From Octopus vulgaris (lineage: Eukaryota): a stretch of 64,000 nt of DNA. Position 1 is the stretch's first letter, and every line of letters starts with the position of its first letter. A program made the position numbers and the translations under genes. The notes beneath the pieces were generated by a model. The model was not told where the DNA came from, ran no database searches, and saw only the letters and a program-made list of their open reading frames with translations. Below are positions 33,775 to 45,956 of the stretch, one piece after another. The stretch lies in assembly GCA_951406725.2 (NCBI GenBank), contig OX597822.1:83762001-83826000 (forward strand). The letters are read 5' to 3'.

Positions 33775-34100
33775 CAGGTACTACGTCGGTTACGACGACG
33801 AGTGTTCCAGTTGATCGATCAACAGAACAGCCTGCTCGTGAAATTAACGTGCAAGTGGCTGACCACTCCACAGACACGCGTACTCTTAATGTACTTCTCA
33901 GGGACATTGAGTATCACATAGAATGTGATGAGACTGGCTCTTTGAAATACAAGTACAACACATTTTTGCCATAACTGAGTGAACTGGAGGAACGTGAAAT
34001 AAAGTGTCTTGTGCAAGGACACAACGCATCGCCGTCAAGCGAACTTACGATCATAAGATCGTTAGCCGAATACTCAAACCTTTGATCCACGCGACTTCAT
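33775..34100 (-). mobile_element. tRNA-derived SINE (head D with CORE/V-like domain, tail Y)
   Basis: Tail cacttgcacgttaatttcacgagcaggctgtt...aactggaac...gtcgtaacc shared with 58490-58680. Body gcgttgtgtccttgcacaagacactttatttcac. Confidence 0.75.
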
Positions 34101-34466
34101 ACATCTTTATACATACATACATACGTACATACATACACACGTAATTCACACATACATACATACACACATACAAACATGCATGCAAGCATACATATATACA
34201 AACTTGAAATGAAAATGAATACCGACATACACTCTTACATATATAGGCACATATATATCTATATCTATATGTGTGTGTGTATATCCAGTTTATCCAGATT
34301 CTCCTTTAAGCATTTACTAACAAAACCCAGGGCTCGAATTCTTATTGGTATGAATATGAATTCATAGTCTGGATGTAGAAGCTGGAGGTTTCGAAGCGGT
34401 TGTCCATAGATATCATATTTTTCTTTGAATTTCAAAGAGATATTTATGTATGTATGCATGTACATA

Positions 34467-34912
34467 TGTCATTATTCATTTTATTTTAAGATTTCTTGCC
34501 AACAGAGAAAGAACCGGTTTCTAACCTAGATCTAAGGCTCCGTCATTGCAATTTCAACATCAACAACAGGGTATTTCTGTTTGTTTGTTTGTATGTATGT
34601 ATTTATGTATGTATGTGCAGGTTTGTATGTTTTATGTGTGTATTCTAATGCATATTTACATATCTAGACATGCTCATATATATTTAAATGATAAACCTTT
34701 GGAAAGTTTTACAGATTTTTACAGTTCCAGAGATGGATTCGATCTGCAGTCTTCAAATTAGCTTTCTTCTTTCTAGTTTTGAGAAGCCTAATTTCTCAAG
34801 ATTGGTAATTAGACAGTGTGTTACATATCCCAGGTAACCAATGATTACAGGTATATACCTGAACATTTAATCTGGATCGAGTAACTACAGATTTCTTAAT
34901 ATTTCAGCTTAC
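34467..34912 (-). mobile_element. RLE-type LINE 3' end (not Dong family) in (CATA)n
   Basis: Minus strand encodes AEILRNL*LLDPD*MFRYIPVIIGYLGYVTHCL...RLQIESISGTVKICKTF. Confidence 0.65.
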
Positions 34913-34967
34913 ATTCATACATACATACATACATACATACATACATTTGTACATATGTATATATGTA

Positions 34968-35880
34968 TGTCTGTATAAAGGTGTACAAAGCATGTGTGCT
35001 CCCTTCTCTTCTCTATGCCTGTGAGACGTGGGTCACGTATCGATACCACCTTAAACAACTGGAACGTTTCCATCAGATGTGTCTCAGACGGATCTATGGC
35101 ATTAAGTGGAAGGACCGCATCAGTGATCTTGAAATATTGGAAGGCTCTCGGTGTGAAAGTATAGAAGCTCTTGTGATAAAGCAAAGTCTCAGATGGAGTG
35201 GTCATCTGGTCAGGATGAAGGATTCAAGGATGCCAAAACAACTCTTTTAGGGAGAGTTAGCTAAAGGAGAACGACCTTCATATAAACCAAAACAGAGGTA
35301 TAAGGACTTGCTGAAGGCTTCATTAAGAGATGCTTGCATCTCTCCTGACACACGGGAAGGCATAGCTATTGATCGTAGCAGGTGGAGAAGGATTGTGCAC
35401 GAGGAGACAGCCACTTTTGAGAAATCTCGAGTTGCACATGAGAAAGTAAGGTGGGATGTCAGGAAGGGCATCGCTGTTACACTTCCAGATGGGAAGCGTC
35501 TTCCTATGATGCAGACTTGCAGTGTCTGTGCAAGACCCTGTCTCAGTAAAGCTGGACTAAAGAGTCATCTTCGTAGTCATAAAGCGAGACAGATGAGTGA
35601 CAACCTGGCCACTGGTGGTGGTGTTAGACACCATACTAATCATATCTGTCGGACATATGGAAGAGAGTGTAATTTGGCAGGAGGACATAAACGACATGCA
35701 AAGGTACATGAAGCCCAGTGACAACTACAGCCGGCTATTACCGGTAAAGGTTTTAGTTGCCAATTCTGTACAAGACATTGTAGATCCTTAGCTGGGCTAA
35801 AAAGTTACATTCGATCACAGCACCAGTAACAGTTAAGCTTCGTGCAATGGCCATACTCGATAACGAGGGGGCAGCCATCA
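34968..35880 (+). mobile_element. 5'-truncated RTE LINE with C-terminal C2H2 fingers
   Basis: VYKACVLPSLLYACETW, LRWSGHLVRM, CSVCARPCLSKAGLKSHLRSH. One internal stop. Runs into (TATG)n. Confidence 0.9.
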
Positions 35881-36034
35881 TGTATGTATGTATGTATGTA
35901 TGTATGTATGTATGTATGTATGTATGTATGTATGTATGTATGCATGCATGTATGTATGTATGTATGTATGTATGTATGTATGTATGTATGTATATACGTA
36001 TGTGTGTATGTATGTATATATGTATGTATGTATG

Positions 36035-36129
<95 letters not shown>

Positions 36130-36132
<3 letters not shown>

Positions 36133-36688
36133 AGGTCGCTTTCGAGTGCTACTAGTAAAATGTAACCCAGAACAACCTGTTGCATGGTCGGGTCGTCGGC
36201 GACTAAACTGGCAATCCCACCAAGCTTGCTTGGTGAGGAGGGTGTTTATTGGACACCCTGCGGGATGAAAAACAAAACCCGTCAAAGGGCGGAGGAACTC
36301 TTGAGAGTCAACGGCCATCCAATAAATGTCTTAAGGATTTATTATGCGCGGGGACAGAAATAATCGGACTGAATACCCGATCGCACGATTAAACCATTGG
36401 GAGTGAAGGACTCCTAGTCTTTGTTAGGGCATCCTACTAGGAGATGGTAACTCGGGTAACTGGGATAACTCCGACATAAAACCTGCAGCTCAGTGGTTAC
36501 CGATGATGTTGACTTGTTCTTCTTTATGGATTATGGCTGCTGTTGCTTAGTGAGTGGGATTGACTCGGTGCACAGCCTTTCCTCACTTTAAAAACAAATC
36601 TTCTTGCACAGCATTGCACGACAACAGATAACAACATTGATTAAGCTTCGTGCAATGGCCATACTCGATAACGAGGGGGCAGCCACCA
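36130..36688 (+). mobile_element. Non-autonomous bipartite RTE derivative (5'UTR-like body plus RTE 3' end)
   Basis: 36641-36685 is identical to 35833-35877. Body has RTE-5'UTR-like motifs (gtcaaagggcggaggaactc, ggcatcctactaggagatggtaactc). No RT coding. Flanked by (TA)n. Confidence 0.75.
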
Positions 36689-37139
36689 TATATATATATA
36701 TATATATATATATGTTATATATATTATATATATGTGTGTGTGTAAAACTTTACAGCCAGGATAGTAATAAACAAATGGTAACTTCCAATTATTTCTTGAA
36801 AAGAAGCATAAAATACGTGGCTGTTTGTCTTGATATCCTGTAGGCTCTCCTTTAGCTAATATTAGGACTTTCACCTGAATTATCATTGATTTAGTTAATG
36901 AATTAATGGTTGGCTGATTCGTGTTTATCCATTCCTCGGTCATTGCTCTTTCAGTTCTGTAATTGATATGTCCATTTAACTATCTTGCAACATTCTATCG
37001 GGATGTTGCTAGACGTTCCCATCCGTCAGATTGTAACAGGGTCTTTGAGTAGCCCATTTCATGAATTCATTCCTGTGATTTCTTAACAAAGCCTCTGATA
37101 ATTTGCTTCTTTTTTAACAGGAACTACATCGCCATCATC

Positions 37140-37320
37140 ATCATCGTCGTCTTCGTCGTAATTTAACGTCAGCTTTCTATGCTGGCATGCGTTGGATGGT
37201 TTAACAGGAGCTGGCGAGGCAGAAGACTACACAAGGCTTCAGTGTCTGATTTGGCATGGTTTTTACGGCTCGATGCCCTTCCTTACACCAACCACCCCAC
37301 AGAGTGGACTGAATATTTAA
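37140..37320 (-). mobile_element. RTE-tail SINE fragment
   Basis: Minus strand reads aggaagggcatcgagccgtaaaaacc...ccatccaacgcatgccagcatagaaagctgacgttaaa, then (gac/gat)n. Confidence 0.6.
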
Positions 37321-37344
37321 GAAAATTATCTTTCATCTTTTATT

Positions 37345-37530
37345 TGTCTAGGGACTGCGGTCATAACGGGCTATAACCTAAAAGTGTTTTAGTCGAGCAA
37401 ATCAATCCCAAGGGGTTATTTCTTTTAAGCCGAGTACTTATTCTGTCGGTCACTTTGCCCAATCGCTACATTAGGGGGTTTAAACACATCACCACCTGTT
37501 GTCAAGCGGTGGAAGAGGAGCAACAAACAC
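37345..37530 (-). mobile_element. Degraded SINE family A 3' half
   Basis: ttttagtcgagcaaatcaatccc...gtacttattctgtcggtc...gttgtcaagcggtgg. Confidence 0.6.
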
Positions 37531-37719
37531 ACGCACGCACACACACATAGACACACACACACACACACATACACACACACACACACATTATATTAGAGGA
37601 AAAACCGAAACCAGGGCAGAACGAGTATTTCAAGTCATTTAAAATAATTTAATTAGGATAATTAAAATAATCTAATTAGGATAATTAAAATAATTTAATT
37701 TTTGTAAGGTGAATTTGAA

Positions 37720-37796
37720 GTCTTACGGCCGTTTCTAGGATAACCCAAGTAGGTGGTTAGCATGTCCTTGAAACTAGGTATTCCGTCATCAGAGAC
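37720..37796 (-). ncRNA. Type-I hammerhead ribozyme with extended stem II, inside a Penelope-LTR-like element (about 37590-37900)
   Basis: gtct CTGATGA c ggaatacctagt...acttgggttatcc ta GAAAC GGCC GTA agac. Stem III is the palindrome ACGGCCGT. Confidence 0.8.
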
Positions 37797-38085
37797 AAGG
37801 TATTAAAATTTTAAACGGGGTAGATTTGCTGTTTACAAAGAATAAAATTCACAGTTTATAAGGGATAAAATAGAAGAATAAAGCAGTAAAACAGAAGATA
37901 TATATATATATTCAACTTTTATGTTAGAAGCAGCTCAATAATGTAAACATTATCAATATCACACATTCAATGTATGTGCCTTGTTAACACTGGTAGCTGC
38001 GGTATTTTGTCAGAGGGAGATTCCTTTAAAAACGTATAGTGCTAAAAACACAGCGTACTTCAAAGTTAAGCGAAACGAAACCGCT

Positions 38086-38126
38086 CCGGAAGTGATGTCA
38101 ACGATAGATACCGATTGATATCGATA
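38086..38126. promoter_or_regulatory. Candidate promoter-like motif pair (ETS CCGGAAGTG and DRE TATCGATA)
   Basis: Both motifs lie within 40 bp in locally CpG-rich unique sequence. No linked exon is evident. Confidence 0.25.
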
Positions 38127-38742
38127 TATCGCAGTTTCTGCCACCTATCGTTGTCGTGTGCTCACTCCACTTCATACATATATACGTATACGTATATTTT
38201 GTGTGCTTGTATCAATTTCCGATATCTTTTACATTTTTTTTCTTCACATTTATTTCACGTCTTAATAAACATTGATACATTAAGGATTTTGGACAAACAT
38301 GTCTCCATTTTGTAAATGTATACTCTATACATATCTGGGACTGTATGTTGTCTTCTATGGGCCTTTTGGATTCATTAGATATCTACCTGCCAAGGAATGA
38401 TAAGAACGTATATATCAATTTCGTTTATCAGCAACTCTTTACACCTTTTTTTTTCTCAGGCAGAATCATTGACATTTATCAGCGCACACGCAAGTCCACG
38501 AACACGCATTCATTCACACATTTTATTCCTGGTTACTCCTTTCCCCCAAAAGTGTTTCCGTCCTTATCAGTAAACTAACTTCCCACTGGTAAAAACTTTT
38601 GGCTTCATCTACAAGCTCCACCCGCAGGCTAGAGTGTTATATTAGCTATGTACGTGGTGTGCATATGTATGTTTGTTTGTTTGTTTGTGTGCGTGTGTGA
38701 GTACGTGTGTATACGTGAGTATGTGTGTGTGTAGATACATAC

Positions 38743-38783
<41 letters not shown>

Positions 38784-39092
38784 TAAGCATATAAATGAGT
38801 GTATATATACACACGCGCCCGCTAGCGTGCACACACATATATTTATGTGCATAAATATATATATATGTAAGTATGTATATATATATATATATACATATAT
38901 TTATATATAGAGAGAGAGAGATGGAGAGAGAGAGAAAGAGAGAGAGAAATACGCAAAATGGAGATAAAAGTGATTACTCAGAAATCGCTTTAGACTTTAT
39001 ACAAAATTTATATGACGACAGAGTATCAGTATTACTCCTGTACATGTATATGCGCGCGCGCGTACAAATATATGTTTGCATGTGCGTGTATA

Positions 39093-39665
39093 CACAGGCA
39101 TGCAGGAAGTAAATAGACACCTTTAATTTTCAAAATCTTTTATTTGATATTAATTGGTTGAAGGAGAGGTTTTCTTCTAGCTGCTCATCCATAATACCCA
39201 AGCTTATGCAGATATGTATCACACGTTCTTGGACTAACTTCTAGCTGTTTTGCAATGCGAGAGGCCTTCGAACGGGGTTCGTTTTTGGCAAATCTCTTCA
39301 AACAGTGAAGCCCTTTTTCCGAGGGCCTCGGTCGGCTGGGACAAGAATATGTTGATTCTTTGCCCTGGCTTTTTAATTGCACTATAATTCTATTAACAGT
39401 AGTAAGAGGCATTTGAAGATTTTCGGCAATTTTTCGCTGGCTAAGACCAGCCTCAGATTGACCAACAATACGACCTCTTTGAACATCTGACAGTTCTGCT
39501 TTTTTTTTGTGCGCGGCATAGTTAGTCTTCGCAAATGTTTAATATAATGGCAACTGGAATGAAAAAGAATAATTATATTGTAAATTCCACAATGCTGAAA
39601 ACATATTAAAACGCTTAGATCATAAATTTTGAAAATGAAAGGTGTCTACTACCTGCATGTCTGTG
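39093..39665 (-). mobile_element. Internally deleted Tc1-like transposon with both TIRs and TA target-site duplication
   Basis: TIRs cacaggcatgcagg..tagacacctttaattttcaaaat and attttgaaaatgaaaggtgtcta..cctgcatgtctgtg. Paired-like [15 protein letters not shown]...[22 protein letters not shown]. Confidence 0.88.
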
Positions 39666-39770
39666 TATATATATATATATATATTGATAGAAATGAAAGA
39701 GACCTCGATATTATGTAAACAGAAGAATTTTATCTGTAAATATAATATGTGACACTTATTCGGTAGCCAT

Positions 39771-39831
39771 GATAAAACTCCGAATTTCGGATGTCGAGGC
39801 GGAAATCCACGCCGGCATCTCTTCAGTTATC
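39771..39831 (-). ncRNA. Hammerhead-like motif in a Penelope-LTR-like element (about 39684-39960)
   Basis: gataa CTGAAGA gatgccggcg...cgcctcgacatc c GAAAT tcgga GTT ttatc. Stem I gataa/ttatc is perfect. C15.2 is replaced by T. Confidence 0.65.
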
Positions 39832-39979
39832 GGGCCATCAAAAAAATGCTATGAAAATGACAGTTAAACAAAGGGAAATTACCGTTATTAAGACATAAAA
39901 GTTATTAGAATGACCGCTAAGTAAGGAGAGGGAATAAAGGTAAGGGAGTTAAGATGTTTATAGCAATCGTGTAAGCACA

Positions 39980-40700
39980 CATGTCCATACATACACATGC
40001 ACACCCGCACACCCAAGTACATGTGCCTATATGTATATACTCATGCACCCTCACTTGAAACACACTCATGCTCACTCACACATTCGTCAAAAAATATATA
40101 CATACCTGCATACACGCTCGCACACACACACACACACACATACATGCACATAAAAGGTTCATACACACGTATCTATACGCACAGGCGCAAGAAAAAAACA
40201 GGGCTAAAGGCAAAATAGAGAAAAATGTGTTAAAAAAGTGTAAAAAATAAGCAATAAGAATAAAAAAATAAATGAATAAATGGACCATTGGTATTTGCGG
40301 TTAAAGCTAGGACATCATCTTTGTAAATGGCGTTTTTGTGCGCGCTTGTGGATGTGTGCGTGCATGCGAGTATGTGCGTATATAGACGTGTTTATGAACC
40401 TTGTTTGTCCGCGCGCGTGTGTGCGTGTATGTATAAATTTTTTTTGGTGAATGTGTGGGTGCGCATATGTGTGCTTCAAGCGAGTGTGGACGAGCATATG
40501 CACATAGGCACTTATATGTGGGTGTGCGTGCGCGCATATGTATGTATGCACATGTGCGCATACGCGTTCGCCATGAGCATATTTACTCCTCTACTTTTTA
40601 TTATTATTGCTTATTTTTTAATACTTTTTACACATTCGGTATTTTCACTTCAGCCCTGTTTTTTTTTTCTTGTGTATGTGCGTATATAGACGTGTGTATG
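39980..40700. repeat. Diverged ~300-bp unit present in inverted, circularly permuted copies
   Basis: ORF 39997-40218(+) aligns with ORF 40307-40561(-). aagaaaaaaacagggct...aaaaaataagcaataa recurs inverted at about 40600-40670. Confidence 0.75.
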
Positions 40701-40899
40701 TATGGAAATGCGCGCTTACGCGATTGCTATGAATACTTCGGACTGACATAAGGTAAGAAAACTCTGGACTGATGTTCGGTTGACAACAAATTTTATGGAG
40801 GAAGCAGAAGGACATCTGAGTGGTGAACAGTTGAATGTAACGACTCTTCTAGTTCCGTTACAGTGGAAGGTTTTATGGTAATATGAAAAAATTTTGTAA

Positions 40900-41260
40900 T
40901 AGCAGTGACAGTATGAAGTAATTGCGTTACAGAGATTATTAAGGTAAAAGTCTTCATTCTAAGATAATATTTCTAGAGTTTCTCAGCAGCAAACATTACG
41001 TGATAAGTGTCTTACCAGGTACGATATTCCATTGCTAACGATGCACAAGAAGGTGTCATAAGGTATAACGTTAGCGTTAATGAGGTGGTTGTAGGTTGCC
41101 AAGGATGTAAATAAAATCCATTAAGGGATCGTGAAGGTGCTGATATGGGCAACGTATCGGCGTTTACAGTTGAACTTGGATCCAATGCAATTTATGATGG
41201 AGTTGCAGTGTGTTGTGGTAAGTATACATTTATGCTCAACAACAAAGTGTAGGCAGTAGT
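40900..41260 (-). mobile_element. Possible degraded GIY-YIG (Penelope) remnant
   Basis: Minus strand reads VEHKCIL...CIGSKFNCKRRYVAHISTF, resembling YIG...FKxRYxxHxSSF. Confidence 0.3.
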
Positions 41261-41469
41261 AACTAATAGCTATTCTTCATTTTCAAGTCTTACGAACGAT
41301 GCATTGGATATGTCCTCAACATCCTTATACAAGGCAGCATTATCAGTCCCAACACATCACTATCATCACAATCATTATTAGCATTATAATTATTATCAAA
41401 GACACTGTGATAATTTAAATATGTAAGTCACTACTCTCATTAATATTATTTTTATTTTACCCTTATTAT

Positions 41470-41685
41470 AAGGCGGCGAGCTGGCAGAACTGTTAGCATG
41501 CCGGGCGAAATCCTTAGCAGTGTTTCGTCTGCCGCTACGTTCTGAGTTCAAATTCCGCCGAGGACGACTTTGCCTTTCATTCTTTCGGGGTCGATAAATT
41601 AAGTACCAGTTGAGTACTGCGATCGATGTATTCGACTTACCTCTCCACCAAAATTTCAGGTATTGTGCCTACAGCAAAAAGGATT
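41470..41685 (+). mobile_element. Full-length Nin/Deu-domain SINE (family B)
   Basis: ggcggcgagctggcagaa head, B box gagttcaaattcc, Nin-like gactttgcctttcattctttcggggtcgataaattaagtaccag. Confidence 0.88.
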
Positions 41686-43260
41686 ATATCCTTATTATAA
41701 TCATTAACGTGGTTTACAATATTGGCTCTATAATATAGACCAGGTCTTCCTCCTCTTTTTATAGATTTAACTTACCTTAGTCTACGTTAGATATTGTCTG
41801 AAATATTTTTTCAATCCATTTAGTACACTTTGTGCTGCCCTTTAACTCCCTCAGTATATCTACAGTTTTCTCTGCTTTTCCTCCCTTTTTTAGTAATATA
41901 GTTTTATTTCTCTCCATCATATTTTCCCGTTTCCGTGCTTCCATTATTGAACATTATTTCTGCTGCTTTATCTTTTGCACCCTATTCTTTTTCTTTATTA
42001 CATTGATTTTCCCTCCTCTGCATCTCATCCCATTTCCACCCTAAAATGCCTAATCTCTGTACCCTCTTCTATCCCCTATACTTTCATTTCGTCCCTCTTG
42101 CTATTTTCCGCTTCCAACCATGTTCTCATCCCGCACAACTTCTTCCATCCACAGCAAGTTACTCAAACCAGGTTAATTTCCTTGTCCCCTTTCACGCCCC
42201 ACTTCGTCTCATTCCTCGTGTTTTCCAACTCAGTTTTCCTCCCACCATCACCTTATACCTTCACAGAATCTATTCCCTCCCTCTCCGCTCGACTTATTGT
42301 GCACGTCATCCTCTCATTTTTACCCACATCCAAATCCGCGCTCTCCACCATCACCTTCTACAAGCCGTTCTCAACCTTCTTTCATTCACCTATCATTTCT
42401 CCACCATCACTCCATCATTCTTTCATCCGTCTCTCAATTGTCTAATTTTCCCTTTAATCACTTCCAATCAAATTACACAAATTACACTCCCTTCTCCACG
42501 CCAACACAACAGCAGCGGTCTGAACCCACCTCCCAGGCCTCACTTCTCTCTACCTACAAGCCTTATCGCTTCCTCCTTCTCTGTACTTCTTCCCTACCTC
42601 ATTTTAAAAAATTTTGTTGTTACTATTTCTCATTCACGATACCTCTTTTCTACTAACACCTGTCAAAGAAGTAACGTTCGAAAAGTGAAGCCAATTTCTT
42701 CTTCCCGAATAGCGTTAAGCTAAAACCATTTTAGTGAAACTTCGTTCTTCCTATGTTGTTTTTATTTTTCATTGGTAAATAAAGCAGCATTGTCTGTTCT
42801 AACACACCATCTACGCTGTGTATATTCACATTTGCAAACTCATTGATTATACAATCGCTCACTCATATATGACAATATGAATAACACGCAGATGCATGCA
42901 CCTCTTAGCAACTTAAAAATATCAAAATAAATTTCATCCATCATTCTCTAAATTATGAACGATGGTGTTAAGCAATTGATTATGATATAATCAATGTATA
43001 TATGCATACATTCATACATTCATTTACGAAATTGCAAAGATAATCTGGAACACAACTAAGGATAGAAAACTCCGAATGATCCGTCCTTGTTTTCCTTGTA
43101 TCGTCTGTCTGGATATTTTCTTGTCCCTTTTTCGTTTCACCTAACTGTTTGGTGTGTATATTTATCGTGAGTTTATGGTGGTCTTTGGAGCATCGGTTCT
43201 GATTTTAGCAAATGGTATTGTATGCCCTACAGAATCTAAATTTACCTTATATATATATAT

Positions 43261-45041
43261 AAAAGATGGCTCTCTCACAGGAAATCCCACGAGGATAAGT
43301 GAAATACTGAACGAACAGTTCCAAAGTGTGTTCACTACACCTCTAGGACACAGGCAAGTAAACAATCCAGAAGAATTCTTTGCCACTTTACCTGCGGCCA
43401 AAGAGGCAAAAATTGAGTATATCAACATCGAAGATGATGATATCACACTAGCCATAGATGAGATTGACACAAACTCAGCTGCCGGACCTGATGGATTCCC
43501 AGCAGTCCTTCTCAAATCGTGCAAACGAGCCCTTGCAAAACCGCTACAGCTTCTTTTTCAGAGCTTTCTTGCAAGTGGTAAGCTCCCAGTCAAATTGAAA
43601 GAGGGGGTAATATGCCCTATCCGTAAGGAAGGTAGCAGAGCAGATGCTAAAAATTATAGGCCTATCTCTCTGACCTCACACATCAGCAAAGTCATGGAAC
43701 GAATAGTCCGTAAGAAACTAATCATGTTCCTTGAAGAAAATTACTTGCTGTCTGACACCCAGCATGGATTTCGACCAGGTAGAGGCTGCCTAACACAGCT
43801 CCTGCAACACTATGACTGGGTGTTGAAACAGCTACTAAATTGCTCAAATGTGGATGTAATATATCTCGACCTTGCAAAAGCCTTTGATAAAGTCGACCAT
43901 GGTATGATCTGTCACAAACTGCGTGGTCTCGGCATAGGCGGAAAACTTGGAGAGTGGCTGCACAACTTTCTAAAAGACAGAAAACAGGCAGTTGAGCAAT
44001 GGAGCTACCTTCAAAGAAACACAAATAACAAGCGGTGTCCCACAGGGCACTGTCTTGGGGCCACTGATGTTCATAGTGGCCCTTTCAGACATGCCTTCAG
44101 TTGCTACGATGACCACCCTTGCTAGCTATGCAGATGACACAAAAGTCTCCCACGCAATACAAAACCCTGAAAATATTGCGCATCTGGACACAATATACAA
44201 GTGGGCTGAGGACAACAACATGCAGTTTAATGCAGGTAAGTTCCAGGCCCTGCGCTACTGGCACACAAAGGTAAACGACGTGAAGACTGGATACACTGGC
44301 CCAGGAAGAATTGCAATCCCTGAGTCAAAATCAGTGCGTGACCTGGGCATTGACATGAGCAATGATGCATCTTTCCAAGTGCATATTGCTAATCTGGTGA
44401 TAAAATGCAGACGGCTAGCTGGATGGATTCTCCGAACTTTCAGAACAAGAGAGAAGGAGACACTGATGGTCCTATGGAAAACATTCGTCCTCAGCCGCTT
44501 GGACTACTGCTCCCAACTGTGGTCACCACACAATATAAAACTAACAGCAGAACTCGAAGCAATTCAGAGAAGCTACACAAAGAAAATCGTCTCAATGCAA
44601 AATATCAGCTACTGGGAAAGACTGAAGGTATTAAACCTCTTCTCCCTAGAGCGGAGGCGGGAGAGATATGCGGTGATATACATCTGGAAAATCCTGGAGG
44701 GTCTTGTCCCAAACTTTGGCATTCAAAGGTCCAGATACTGCAACAGCTTGGGTTTCAGAGGACCACAGTTCTTTAACATCCTCCCTAAATGCCTGAGAGA
44801 CTTACATGGTGTGGATGTGGGTTTCTTTAAAACTAAACTGGATCTCTTCTTGTTGGGAGTCCCAGATGAACCTACCTCACGACAGGAGACGCGGATGCGG
44901 GCAGCAGCATCGAACTCCCTTTTTGATCAAGTGCCACGTATCAGAGGTGGATTCACAAATTAGTGTAGCTCATTGAGCAGTGGTGCCCCAGCATGGCCGC
45001 GGCCTTCGGACTAAAACATTTTTAAGGATTTAAGGATTTAA

Positions 45042-45044
<3 letters not shown>
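43261..45044 (+). mobile_element. 5'-truncated CR1-clade LINE (RT; frameshift near 43990) inserted in (TA)n
   Basis: AAGPDG, NYRPISLTS, QHGFRPGR, YLDLAKAFDKVDH, SGVPQGTVLGP, YADDTK, RDLG, LDYCSQLWSP. 3' tandem (tttaagga)3. Confidence 0.95.
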
Positions 45045-45099
<55 letters not shown>

Positions 45100-45214
45100 G
45101 GTAAATGTTTTTTAATTTTCTCCTGATTTACGGAATTACTACTATTTTGCGGTTGAAGCCTTGGGTGTTATTTCTAGTGGGTTGAACGGCCTATTATGGC
45201 CGTTCCTTATTTTG

Positions 45215-45322
<108 letters not shown>

Positions 45323-45630
45323 TAAAGAACATACTGGGTATGTTCTAGCTGCTGGAAATAACAATCAAATCTCTTATTTAATCCACCGAAAAAATAACAC
45401 TGATATTAACTACAGAAGTCAACACTATGCGAGCTAACGGGTCAGAAAATTCATTCAATATACTTATATAGCATCCAGCGATACATTTTCTAGTATTTGG
45501 ATTCACGTGGACCGGTCTCTGGCCTGGCATCATACCCACACTTTACTCAGCACGTGTTACCACGATGCAAAGATCCCCAACACGTCACGTTGAAGTCTGC
45601 TCTGCACTGATTTGTTTTGTGCTGCTCCTC

Positions 45631-45956
<326 letters not shown>

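Noticed and set aside
41832-42723. 225-aa pyrimidine-rich ORF
   Set aside because: No recognisable domain. More likely the antisense of a decayed LINE endonuclease region, which could not be classified.
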